This document shows, piece by piece, positions 1 through 9,290 of a DNA stretch of 64,000 nt. The position numbers and the translations under genes are program-made. Source of the stretch: Candidatus Bathyarchaeia archaeon (GTDB lineage: Archaea > Thermoproteota > Bathyarchaeia > Bathyarchaeales > Bathycorpusculaceae); assembly GCA_049521795.1 (NCBI GenBank), contig JBEKOM010000003.1, forward strand, positions 32,001 to 96,000, read 5' to 3'. Position 1 is the first letter of the stretch, and each line of letters starts with the position of its first letter. The notes under the pieces are model-generated. The model ran no database searches. It was not told where the DNA came from and saw nothing but the letters and a program-made list of their open reading frames with translations.

Positions 1-3000
1 GCGCGCCCATAGACATAGCGGAGGAGCTGAACGGGCTAACAGTAGATAACGACGTAGCCGTGTTGGAATCCCAGTACCACGAAGTGGAACGCATCGCCGC
101 GCTGGGCCTGCCAAAAACCCCTAATCCAGTGTACGTTACTGATGTTGCACTATCGTACCAGCCCGTATCTCCCGAGACCGTGGGAGCGGTGATGGAAGAA
201 AGAGCCGCCGTAGCACCAGAATCCAAAGTAACCTGGTACTGGGTTACAGTCGTTACGTGTATCGTGTGCGAGGCGCTCATGGACATGGCAGAGGAGCTGA
301 ACGTGCTAACAGTAGATACAGGGGTAGCTGTGTTAGAATCCCAATACCATGAGGTAGAGCGCGTTCCCGTACCAGACGATCTGCTAAACACCCCTAATCC
401 AGTGTAGGTGACTGATGTGCCGCTATCGTACCAGCCCGTATCTCCCGAAACAGTCGGAGCCGTAATAGAAGAAAGCGCTGCCGTAGCACCGCTGTCAAGG
501 CTCACCAGGTACTGAGACACCGTGGTTGTTGTTATCGACTGGGCTGAACTTATGCTCAGAGCATTTAACACCGTAAACGTTCCAGCTGTGGTTTCTGAAT
601 TGCTAGACCCGCTGTTAATCTGGTACCCAGTCACTCTTGTTCCTGTTCCACTGCCTCGGCCATACACTCCGTTAAGAATCAATGTCACACTTGTCCCGCT
701 GTCGTACCAATAGTTGTCTCCAGATATCGTTGGTGAAGTAAGGCTGGATAATGCGGAAGTGGCTCCTGAATCTAAGTTAACTTGGTATTGTGTGACCGAA
801 TTGAAGTTGACAGTATGGTAGTTTGTCATTGAAACAGAAGATGTGGTAACTGTTCCTGTTGTGGCTACGGCTGTGTTTGATCCACCGTCCAAGTTCCAAG
901 AAGACAACCTTATCCCTGAACCGCCAGTTCTGCTCCAAACACCGTTAGAGCTTACAGTCGTCGAAGAGCCTGAGTCGTACCATCCTGTATCGTCGCTGAT
1001 GGTTGATGATGTTCCGTAAGTGACCCCGTAGCCCCCAGACACTGTCAAGAAATATTGAGTCACGGACGTTGAAGTCACAAATTCATGATTTGAAATCGTC
1101 CCAAAAAACACCGTCACGGTTCCAGTGGTAGAAGTCGGATTGTTGCTTCCACCGTTCAAAACGTAGCCCATCAGTCTGTTCCCACTGCCTCCACTTCTGC
1201 CCCATACGCCGTTCAGGACCACGGTCACAGACGTAGTACTGTCATACCAGTAATTGTCAGAGCTGACTGTAGGACTTGTTATGGAGTTTAGTGCAGAAGC
1301 TGCTGTTGAGTCAAGCGTAACTTGGTATTGTGTGGCAATCGTAGTTGTGATTGCTTGCACACCACTGATGGATATGGCGTTCAACACCGTGAAAGTGCCA
1401 GTTGTCGATTCAGGATTGTTTGTACCGGCGTTGATTTTGTATCCTGTTACCCTGGACCCGGACCCGCCTGAACGACCGTAAACTCCATTCAAGACAAGAG
1501 TAACTGAAGTACTTGAGTCGTACCAGTAGTTGTCGCCAGAAATCGTTGGAGAAGTTATTGAATAGAGGGCAGAAGTTGCTCCTGAGTCCAGTGTGACTTG
1601 GTACTGAGTGGCCGTTGACGTTGTGACGTATTCATGGTTTGAGATGGCAGCATTGAAAACTGTGACCGTGCTGGTTGTGGACACTGGATTGGCTGATCCA
1701 CCGTTAAGGTAGTAGTTGGTCAACCGAGTTCCAGTTCCTGACCCTCGCCCGTAGACTCCGTTCAGAACGATACTAACGGTTGTTCCAGTGTCGTACCAAT
1801 AATTGTCACTAGTAATTGTTGGCAAAGTTATAGATGAAAGTGCATTGGTTGCACCAGTATCCAGTGTAACCTGATATTGTGTTACTATTGTGGTTGTGAC
1901 ATATTCGTGGTTGCTTATCGCACTGTTGAAAGCGTTAAAGGTTCCAGTAGTAGATTCTGGATTATTACTTCCACCGTTTAATTGATAACCTGATATTCTA
2001 ATTCCTGATCCACCACTACGACTGTAGACACCGTTCAAAGTGACGGTTACTGTTGTCCCTGAGTCATACCAATAGTAGTCTGATGAGACAGCCGGAGAAG
2101 TTATAGATGAAAGTGCATTGGTTGCACCAGTATCCAGTGTAACCTGATATTGAGTCACAGCATTAAAGTTCACAGTATGGTAAGTCGTCATTGAAACAGA
2201 AGATGTTGCCACTGTACCTGTACTAGATAAGGCTGTGTTACTGCCACCGTCAAGATTCCACGATTTCGCTCTCTGCCCTGAACCTCCAGAACGACTCCAA
2301 ACACCATAACTACTAACTGTTGTTGAACCTCCTGAATCATACCATTGATCACTTGTTGGCGAAGCGGTGCCAAAAGTAATACTATTCCCTCCTGCTACAT
2401 TCAAGTAGTATTGAGTTGTCGAAACAAAATTGACTGTGTGATAAGTGCTCATTGTTATTGTTGATGTAGTTAGGTTTCCAGTGTTACTTCTTGATGGATT
2501 TTGATTTACAGTGTCAAGTTGCCAGTTTGTTAACGCAGTACGAGTCGAACCTGAAGTGCCATAAATCCAATTTGACGATGCTGTAGTTGTTCCTCCACTA
2601 TCGTACCATCCTTGTCCAGAAGGTGCATTGCCTCCAGATACAGTTAGATAGTATTGCGTCTTGTACGTACCAGTTACGGTCATGCTGCTTGAAATGGTGC
2701 TCAACGGCGAAGTTGCGTTGACGCCGGTCAAAACGTACTGCTTACCTTGAGTGCTTGAGACGGTTGCAGCGTAGCTGAAGGTCAAAGAGTCGCCGCTGGT
2801 AACTGTGGTGATGTTTGGAAGCAGGCTGTAGGTTTTAGTGGTGCTGTTAATGGTGACAACAGTTCCGGAAGCGTCAGAACCTAAACCCGACTGGTTGAAA
2901 GTCACGGAATACGAGGGGGGACCATTAAAGGCATCTGTTACGGCGATCCAGTAGTCGCTTGAATCCAAAGAGAAAGTCGTGGCATAGGTGCCTGAGGATA

Positions 3001-3907
3001 AGGTTTGTTTTTCGGCCGCGCATGATGGTGTTTGACTATTGATGCTGCCGATGAGTGTGCCGCTTACCTGAGTAATCGTGTGGCTAGACGCGATTGTTGT
3101 TGCAAAGCTGAGTACCAAGTCGTTTGAACCTGATATTGATGTGGAAACTGTGGGGGTACTTGTGGGGGCGGATGAAGTATCTACATTCTTCGCGTTGCAT
3201 GCCGCGTTCGAATCAAAAGGCGAACTCGGGTTAGCAACTCCAGATACCGCGATGACCGCCATTGCCCAATTGGAGTACCAACTGCCGCTTACGCGAACAT
3301 AATCGTTTGTAAGCTTGCCACTAGAATACGCCCAGTAGCAATATATTTGAGCGAATTGTGACATGTCCCAAAAATAACCCGCCCAAGACTGCCTGAGGTT
3401 CCATGACAAACCAGCGCCGTCAGATATAGTTGGCGAATAATAGTCGCTAACGGCAAAAACATACAATACGTCGCTAGTGCTTTGAGTTGTAATATAGGAT
3501 GTACAGGACATGAGGTGTCCGGCTGCCATGCCGTAGCCGTCAACTCCGAGTGTGCTGTCTGTGAACTTTGTTCTTGCCGTGTTGGTGCCGTCGGTAGCTG
3601 TTACGTTATAAGTTATCTTCTGGACACCTATAGTATGTGTAGCATTGAAGTTCCCGTTGCTATCAGTCCAGATATTGTTCAGAATATGTAAGCTGCCATC
3701 GGGCCAAGTAACATTAACGGTAACTGCTGTGTTGGGCAGGAAGTTGTTGCCATATATGGTCACGATTGACATAGGGGGATAGTCTGACCTGTCTGTCCAG
3801 ATCTTGGGGGCTGCGGAGTTGCCGGGCACTAGAAACACGACGCTGACCGCTGCTGAAGCAACAGTTAATAGAATAGCCAGCACGATCAGTTTGTTGAGTC
3901 TTTTCAA
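1..3907 (-). CDS. Giant secreted Ser/Thr-rich surface protein/adhesin with ~10 tandem ~90-aa TQYxVTLDxG..WYDSG repeats (InlB-B/thermopsin-associated repeat-like); 3' end lies outside the window
   Basis: Hand translation from TTG at 3907 (or in-frame GTG at 3925): MKRLNKLIVLAILLTVASAAVSVVFLVPGNSAAPKIWTDRSDY... signal peptide; the same frame reads KTQYYLT at ~2660 and VSPFSSSAMSMGA at 2-40. Probably absent from the ORF track because its stop is outside the window; not every codon was checked. Confidence 0.85.
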   Translation of the reverse strand, partial: MKRLNKLIVLAILLTVASAAVSVVFLVPGNSAAPKIWTDRSDYPPMSIVTIYGNNFLPNTAVTVNVTWPDGSLHILNNIWTDSNGNFNATHTIGVQKITYNVTATDGTNTARTKFTDSTLGVDGYGMAAGHLMSCTSYITTQSTSDVLYVFAVSDYYSPTISDGAGLSWNLRQSWAGYFWDMSQFAQIYCYWAYSSGKLTNDYVRVSGSWYSNWAMAVIAVSGVANPSSPFDSNAACNAKNVDTSSAPTSTPTVSTSISGSNDLVLSFATTIASSHTITQVSGTLIGSINSQTPSCAAEKQTLSSGTYATTFSLDSSDYWIAVTDAFNGPPSYSVTFNQSGLGSDASGTVVTINSTTKTYSLLPNITTVTSGDSLTFSYAATVSSTQGKQYVLTGVNATSPLSTISSSMTVTGTYKTQYYLTVSGGNAPSGQGWYDSGGTTTASSNWIYGTSGSTRTALTNWQLDTVNQNPSRSNTGNLTTSTITMSTYHTVNFVSTTQYYLNVAGGNSITFGTASPTSDQWYDSGGSTTVSSYGVWSRSGGSGQRAKSWNLDGGSNTALSSTGTVATSSVSMTTYHTVNFNAVTQYQVTLDTGATNALSSITSPAVSSDYYWYDSGTTVTVTLNGVYSRSGGSGIRISGYQLNGGSNNPESTTGTFNAFNSAISNHEYVTTTIVTQYQVTLDTGATNALSSITLPTITSDNYWYDTGTTVSIVLNGVYGRGSGTGTRLTNYYLNGGSANPVSTTSTVTVFNAAISNHEYVTTSTATQYQVTLDSGATSALYSITSPTISGDNYWYDSSTSVTLVLNGVYGRSGGSGSRVTGYKINAGTNNPESTTGTFTVLNAISISGVQAITTTIATQYQVTLDSTAASALNSITSPTVSSDNYWYDSTTSVTVVLNGVWGRSGGSGNRLMGYVLNGGSNNPTSTTGTVTVFFGTISNHEFVTSTSVTQYFLTVSGGYGVTYGTSSTISDDTGWYDSGSSTTVSSNGVWSRTGGSGIRLSSWNLDGGSNTAVATTGTVTTSSVSMTNYHTVNFNSVTQYQVNLDSGATSALSSLTSPTISGDNYWYDSGTSVTLILNGVYGRGSGTGTRVTGYQINSGSSNSETTAGTFTVLNALSISSAQSITTTTVSQYLVSLDSGATAALSSITAPTVSGDTGWYDSGTSVTYTGLGVFSRSSGTGTRSTSWYWDSNTATPVSTVSTFSSSAMSMSASHTIHVTTVTQYQVTLDSGATAALSSITAPTVSGDTGWYDSATSVTYTGLGVFGRPSAAMRSTSWYWDSNTATSLSTVSPFSSSAMSMGA

Positions 3908-4539
3908 TTTCTCTTTAACCCTCACTTCCGTATTGCTTTGATTGTGCCTTCGCGCCCTGACCCTTCGTGATATCGTATCGTGTTGGTTTGACAGCAGCGG
4001 AGAACGTGTTCAACGTTCGAATAGAGTCAACCCTCTCAAGAGCTAGAACATGCAGTCCTTTTTCTCTCCTCATCTCTTCTCTCTCCTTTTCTCCTGTACG
4101 TTTTCCCTGCTTGAAAGGGCGGCCCAGCCGATTGCTAATGTTCGAAGCATGGCGCATTACTTAAAGGCCCATGGAAAAACGTTCTGAAAATTGGCCCCTG
4201 ATCTTCTATAGTAATCTTCCAGCTTTTGCGGTGCTAAGAACCACTTTTCAGCTTAGGCGCAATCTTTCCTTCAAGCACAAGGCCTGGGCTGGTTTCCTAG
4301 CGTACTCGCCTTTTCTCGATTTGGCCGAGCTTTCTGCTGCCGATGAACGTGTCATTTCGGCCTTGTGGAAAAGGAGAGTTTTCTTCTCGGCTCTGCAGGT
4401 CTCCTTCAGCCATAGCACTGATGAAATAATCAATGTTTTGACTCTTTGCTGCTTAACCTCGAGCCGTCTTCTTTGCTTCGCGCGCCTTCTTGCACACAAA
4501 ATGATTTAAACGGTTTGGAAAGACGAAAAAAAGGGATGT

Positions 4540-5634
4540 TTAGGAGCTGAGCTGTTTTGGTCTTCGGAATCTGGGAACCAACAGGTATGAGCCTAAGGCT
4601 GCTATCATCGCAGTTGCCGCAATTATCGTGCCCCATGGAACCTCCGGCACGACGAAATTAGGTAAACTCGATGGTCCAAACGTGCCTATGTACGCTGTGC
4701 GTGAGATCTGGCTGCCACCCTTGCTTATCGTGGCTGGGTTCCAGTAGTAGACAACTGCGCTGTCGCCCTCAGGGTATGTTGTTGTTAGATCTTGACCTAT
4801 GGTTGGTGTGTAACCGTAGGCGGTGCCTTGCACTCCGTACCAGTTTACGTACATCAGTTTGTCTGGTGGTGTTGTCGGCGTTGAGACGCCAAGAGGCCAG
4901 GATGAGCTGACGGAGCCGTACATTGAGTAGGATGGTGGTTTTTGCGGGTTGGTGATTTCCCAGAATTGGAATGTTGGCGAATCCCATTCTGTTTCGAAGT
5001 GGGTCCAGCTTTGAGGAGTCATTGGATCTGTCCAAGGCCTGATGTATGGGCAGTCGTAGCCTGTGTCTGTTATGTAGCCGATTGCAACGTCCCAAAGTTG
5101 TCTGATTCCAACGCTGTGATCGTTGTACGGGTCGTTGTTTTGCACGGTTACCGTGATTTGCACCAGAGAGTCCGCTATCGTTGTGCCTTGAATATTTATG
5201 TACAGGGTTACGAGGAGATTTTCATCGGTTGTCCAGGACACTGTCTCCCAGGTGGGGCCGGAGGCCGTCACATAGCTGTAGTCGTCCAAGTTCTTCACCG
5301 TGTACCCTGGGTCGCCATTTTTGCTGTTGGACGATGTTACGTACTCTGTCTGTGTGTCTGTAACTTGTATCGAAGTGAACGTGGTTCCTGTCTGACCAAC
5401 ATGCCCACCGTAGAGAACATCGTCGTTGGGTGCAGGCGTGTAAGCCCAAAAAGTTCCTATAGTGTAGGTTCCTACGCCGGCAAAGCCTGTATTGTCTTGG
5501 ACTTCGCCCTGCAATATTTCAGCATTGCTGGGGCTCTGAAACCCCGTGGCTTTGACGGGTTTCAGCATGGTTGCAGACATGCCTAAGATTAGTATCAGTA
5601 TCGTGGAAATTAACACTGTTTTTTTGAGAATCAC
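4540..5634 (-). CDS. Secreted protein with C-terminal VPE-TM-basic (PEF-CTERM-like, archaeosortase-type) anchor
   Basis: N-terminal signal peptide; C-terminus VVPEVPWGTIIAATAMIAALGSYLLVPRFRRPK. Confidence 0.75.
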   Translation of the reverse strand: MILKKTVLISTILILILGMSATMLKPVKATGFQSPSNAEILQGEVQDNTGFAGVGTYTIGTFWAYTPAPNDDVLYGGHVGQTGTTFTSIQVTDTQTEYVTSSNSKNGDPGYTVKNLDDYSYVTASGPTWETVSWTTDENLLVTLYINIQGTTIADSLVQITVTVQNNDPYNDHSVGIRQLWDVAIGYITDTGYDCPYIRPWTDPMTPQSWTHFETEWDSPTFQFWEITNPQKPPSYSMYGSVSSSWPLGVSTPTTPPDKLMYVNWYGVQGTAYGYTPTIGQDLTTTYPEGDSAVVYYWNPATISKGGSQISRTAYIGTFGPSSLPNFVVPEVPWGTIIAATAMIAALGSYLLVPRFRRPKQLSS

Positions 5635-5870
5635 GCATTCATTCTCCTTTCTCGCTTATCGGTTGACTTACTAAGAGGTTTAACGATGTTTCCCTCGTAT
5701 AAGGGTTGTGAAACGCAATTATAGAAAAACCAGCACAGTTTTCCATTCCCAGACACATTGACAAAGACAATTCGGGACATACTAGGAGCGCGTTCGCTCG
5801 CAAGAACAGTCAACGCGAAGATATTGGCCGAAGACCCTCACTTCGCGCGCGTGAGGCAGGTTGCAACGCG

Positions 5871-7133
5871 TCAAGAATGAATCAAGGGCACAAAACCGTC
5901 TGTAATCATAATCCAATAACAGCCAGTGGACTGATAATCAAAAGCCGCAGTAGCACCGGAAGGTGCAATTCCCACCGTCTGATACTCGTCTGCTCCCGCG
6001 TCGATGCTATCAAGCTGAGCCCAACCATAGCTAGTCATAGCAGACGGACTATACCCACCGTAGGCGCTTGCTACGATGCCCACTACGGTCTCGTTATTTC
6101 TTGATGTTGTGTAAGAATTGCCAACTGGATATCTGCTTCCGTATCCATTTGAGGTGAACGCGGCTCCGTTGGGTTCTAAAGGTTGGGCAGTTATGTCAGC
6201 GCCGCCGATGGTAAAGGCCAGTATGACCATTCCATAGTTTGAATATGTGCGATAGTCGTTGCTTGAGGTGAAGGTGATCGTTAGAGAAGGAATGTCTACG
6301 GTGGCGATGGCGTACCAGGAGTAGATTTCCGCATCATGACCAGTCCAATGGGCACTGGGATTGTCGCCTGAGATCCTCTTTGTCCAGCTCAGGCGGGGTG
6401 AAAGATTGTCTGAAGGTGTAAGTTGGTTGTTGGCCGCAAGGTTAGGGTAGGGCAGATTAGTTCCCTTGAGAGCTGCTGCGGCGTAGATCACATCGTAAGC
6501 TCTAATGTGTGAAATGGTAACGCTAACCGACGTTGCAGTTGTAGTTTGGTTGACGGCGTGGCTGTCGGAATACGGGTTTGGCGTTTGTGGATTGGCAATT
6601 GCCCATGGTGGGCGGTAGGTTGAAACGCCGGAAGTTGTTCCGCTTGTCGAGTTTGTTATCGAAACTAGGTTGCCTCTGGCGGTCACAAACCAAGCCGTGA
6701 CCTGTGTATCAGTCACTTTTGCGCCGTTGACAACCAAAATCTTGTCAATCTGCGTGCCATTCCAGGGTTGAAGGGCAGTCGACGACAAGACAACGCGATT
6801 GTAACTGTTAGCATTTGCATCATTAGCCCACAGACTTACTATCTGAACAGCGATCGGACCCGTATTGTTAAAAGTACAATTAACTTCAATTTGATTCGCT
6901 CCTGGCTTAATGTAGGCGGTTGAGGTTGCCACTTGTTCCTCGCTGCGGTCAACGTCCATCTGCGCGACTTGGCTCGCGGTGTCTTGAAAAGCAGTGTTCC
7001 GGTCCAGGATAAACATGAAAACGTTGAAGTACAGGAAAAGAACCACGAGAACCATGAATATGGCTGCGATTATGCCCGAATAGCCCCTCCGATTCTTAAA
7101 GAATCGCCTACGGTATCGAGAACGAACCATCAT
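5871..7133 (-). CDS. Large minor pilin / pilin-like adhesin with extra C-terminal domain
   Basis: Class III signal peptide RRG|YSGIIAAIFMVLVVLFLYF; pilin body ending VTARGN followed by a ~220-aa extension. Confidence 0.75.
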   Translation of the reverse strand: MMVRSRYRRRFFKNRRGYSGIIAAIFMVLVVLFLYFNVFMFILDRNTAFQDTASQVAQMDVDRSEEQVATSTAYIKPGANQIEVNCTFNNTGPIAVQIVSLWANDANANSYNRVVLSSTALQPWNGTQIDKILVVNGAKVTDTQVTAWFVTARGNLVSITNSTSGTTSGVSTYRPPWAIANPQTPNPYSDSHAVNQTTTATSVSVTISHIRAYDVIYAAAALKGTNLPYPNLAANNQLTPSDNLSPRLSWTKRISGDNPSAHWTGHDAEIYSWYAIATVDIPSLTITFTSSNDYRTYSNYGMVILAFTIGGADITAQPLEPNGAAFTSNGYGSRYPVGNSYTTSRNNETVVGIVASAYGGYSPSAMTSYGWAQLDSIDAGADEYQTVGIAPSGATAAFDYQSTGCYWIMITDGFVPLIHS

Positions 7134-7671
7134 AGTTTCTCCCGCTTGCAGTTACCACACGAACAATGTAAAACGAACCGCTGGAAGTGGAAAACAAGCC
7201 ACTAGGACCAGGCGAAGCCATTGTGACGTTGAAGTACCCATCATTTCCGACGCTGAGCCCCTGACTGTTTGGGATCGCCGAATTGCTCGTTATGTTATAC
7301 AGAGTTAAGCTTGTTTGTGGCGAAACTGGAAAAGTTCCAATAGGCACAGACTGGCTGTTCCAGATGTACATGCGAGCGATGCTCACGTTATTGCTTAACC
7401 CACAGTTAATTATGTAGACACTAAGAGTGCCTAGAGTGCTGTTGAACTTCGAATAGGCTATGTACTCGAAAGCAATCCTCTCGCTTATTGCAGCCTGACT
7501 CTGCGCCACGCTGTTGCTGTACTGCTGGTCGGCTATGGCGCCCCAGGAGCGGGCCCAGTACAACACGGCGATACCGGCCGCGACGACTCCGGCGCTTATT
7601 ATGAGAGTGCTGAGAGCAACGCTAACTGCACGCTTGTCAAACAGGAAACTCCTCAGCTTCTTCGCTCTCAT
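7108..7671 (-). CDS. Type IV pilin-like protein
   Basis: Likely start MRAKKL at 7671; KRA|VSVALSTLIISAGVVAAG class III signal; C-terminal VVTASGRNY. Confidence 0.8.
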   Translation of the reverse strand: MRAKKLRSFLFDKRAVSVALSTLIISAGVVAAGIAVLYWARSWGAIADQQYSNSVAQSQAAISERIAFEYIAYSKFNSTLGTLSVYIINCGLSNNVSIARMYIWNSQSVPIGTFPVSPQTSLTLYNITSNSAIPNSQGLSVGNDGYFNVTMASPGPSGLFSTSSGSFYIVRVVTASGRNYDGSFSIP

Positions 7672-7974
7672 GTTGACACTTCTTTTCTTAGACCTTCTAG
7701 CGCTCAAAGCCTGCAAACGTCTCAAGAACTCAACCCTCCTGCAAGAGACACCTCAACGAGTTTTCCCCTTTCTCTCCTCATCATCGTTCCTACGTCGGCT
7801 GACAACATGCCGGTTGCAAGCCACACATGATTTCGCGCTCTCGCGCCTGCCTTCTCTTCTGTAACTTGTATGGACTGAGACGCTGATTTAAACGGTATGG
7901 AAATAGGGCACAGGTCTTCTATAACATCGTTCTCAATGTTTGGTTCCAACTTCATGTCCTTTTCTCCTCAGCTG

Positions 7975-8370
7975 TCAACGGCCAATACGCTTCTTCAGCC
8001 TCGGGTTGGCACGGACTTTCTTTTCCAGAGCTATCCACTTTGCCTGAGCGAGCTGCACGCCACCGTTAGTCGGCGGCATCGACGCGCGTTCCAAGGCTTG
8101 CCAGTCGGAGATGCAGCTGTCAAGCAATTTGCGCGCTTGCGAGTGCCTGGTGTTTAGCTCATTGTACTGCTCCAGAAACGTCTGGCCTTTCTCGGTGATC
8201 TCATAACCGAAGTGGTTCGGCCTCAGGAACCCGAGGTTCAAGCTCTCCCTCAAGTATTTCTCCAGAAGCGCGAAGCTCAGGTTTGCGTTCTGCATTATCC
8301 GAGTCTTCCTCGCACCCTTGCCCGCCGCGTTCAAAACGTCCGCTAAAATGTTCAACCTTCGACGCTTCAC
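7975..8370 (-). CDS. Winged-helix transcriptional regulator (COG3432/HTH_45-like)
   Basis: RRRLNILADVL...GARKTRIMQNANLS...YEITEKG signature. Confidence 0.85.
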   Translation of the reverse strand: MKRRRLNILADVLNAAGKGARKTRIMQNANLSFALLEKYLRESLNLGFLRPNHFGYEITEKGQTFLEQYNELNTRHSQARKLLDSCISDWQALERASMPPTNGGVQLAQAKWIALEKKVRANPRLKKRIGR

Positions 8371-8540
8371 CTGAAACCACTCCCCGAAAGAGAAGCCTCA
8401 ATCAGACTCGACATAAACTCCGCTCTAAACTCCCCCTCTGACGAAAGCGGAACTGAAAGGTTGCAAATCAACTTGCGATCTCCCGACTCTCTCCCTACCA
8501 TTGTCCGCGGCCGCATGGCTATTAAACATTCCTCGATGCA

Positions 8541-8640
8541 ACTTCTAGTACAAACTTCTAGAAGAAAGCTCCAGAAATTCAACGGTCGATCTTCTATAGA
8601 AGCGGTTCGGAAGAAGACTGTAGACTTTCTATAGGAACAT
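8541..8640. promoter_or_regulatory. Clustered palindromic operator-like sites in the divergent promoter
   Basis: CTTCTAGAAG (8555-8564), CTTCTATAGAAG (8591-8602) and TTCTATAGGAA (8627-8637) between the wHTH gene and the major pilin. Confidence 0.5.
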
Positions 8641-8734
8641 TCCTTGTATGCTTATATGAAGCGGAAAAAAGGGATTACATAACGCTCCTAGAATCAATCA
8701 AGTGAGAAAGGGGAGAGGAGGAGGTGAGACACAG

Positions 8735-9229
8735 ATGAAGAAAAAGCTTCGCATGAACCGGAAGGGCATAAGCACCGTAATCGCCACGATCATCATCGTT
8801 GCCATAGCCATCGTCATGTCCATAGCCGTAGCCTACTGGGTAATGGGCATAGGCGGATCATTCACAAGATTCGAAAAACTGCAATTCACAAGTGCATGGG
8901 CCAACACGAACTCCAGCAGCGGCTGGGCAATTTACATGATGATAAACAACACCGGGTCTGCCCCAGCCACAATAATTGCTTCGAACATTCTGTACAACGG
9001 AAAACCAGCGAGTGCATATGCTACACCATATAGTGACCAGCCAAAAGTATACTTGAATGGCACTCTTAATGCGGATGTTTCATTGAATCCTGGTCAAGGA
9101 CTCGGCAACGCAATAGTCAGTCTTCCAAGTGGCACAGGTGGCTCAGACTGGTCATCTGGCATGACCGTTGAAATCACTATTCAGACAGCTGCTGGCAACC
9201 AGTATCCAAAGACTATACAATTGCCATAA
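8735..9229 (+). CDS. Type IV pilin (probable major pilin)
   Basis: SD-like GGAGGTGA upstream; RKG|ISTVIATIIIVAIAIVMSIAVAYW class III signal; T-run immediately downstream. Confidence 0.88.
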   Translation: MKKKLRMNRKGISTVIATIIIVAIAIVMSIAVAYWVMGIGGSFTRFEKLQFTSAWANTNSSSGWAIYMMINNTGSAPATIIASNILYNGKPASAYATPYSDQPKVYLNGTLNADVSLNPGQGLGNAIVSLPSGTGGSDWSSGMTVEITIQTAAGNQYPKTIQLP

Positions 9230-9248
9230 CTTCCATAATCTAGCAATC

Positions 9249-9258
9249 TCTTTTTTTT
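9249..9258 (+). terminator. Oligo-T terminator after the pilin
   Basis: TCTTTTTTTT about 20 nt after the pilin stop. Confidence 0.45.
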
Positions 9259-9290
9259 CAGTATCGAGCGTAGCTGATATCGGAGAAACA

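Noticed and set aside
60-3691. Short ORFs listed in the track across 60-3691
   Set aside because: Antisense or alternate-frame shadows of the giant minus-strand adhesin.
3930-4535. Overlapping short ORFs upstream of the adhesin
   Set aside because: No recognisable protein features; treated as regulatory or non-coding.
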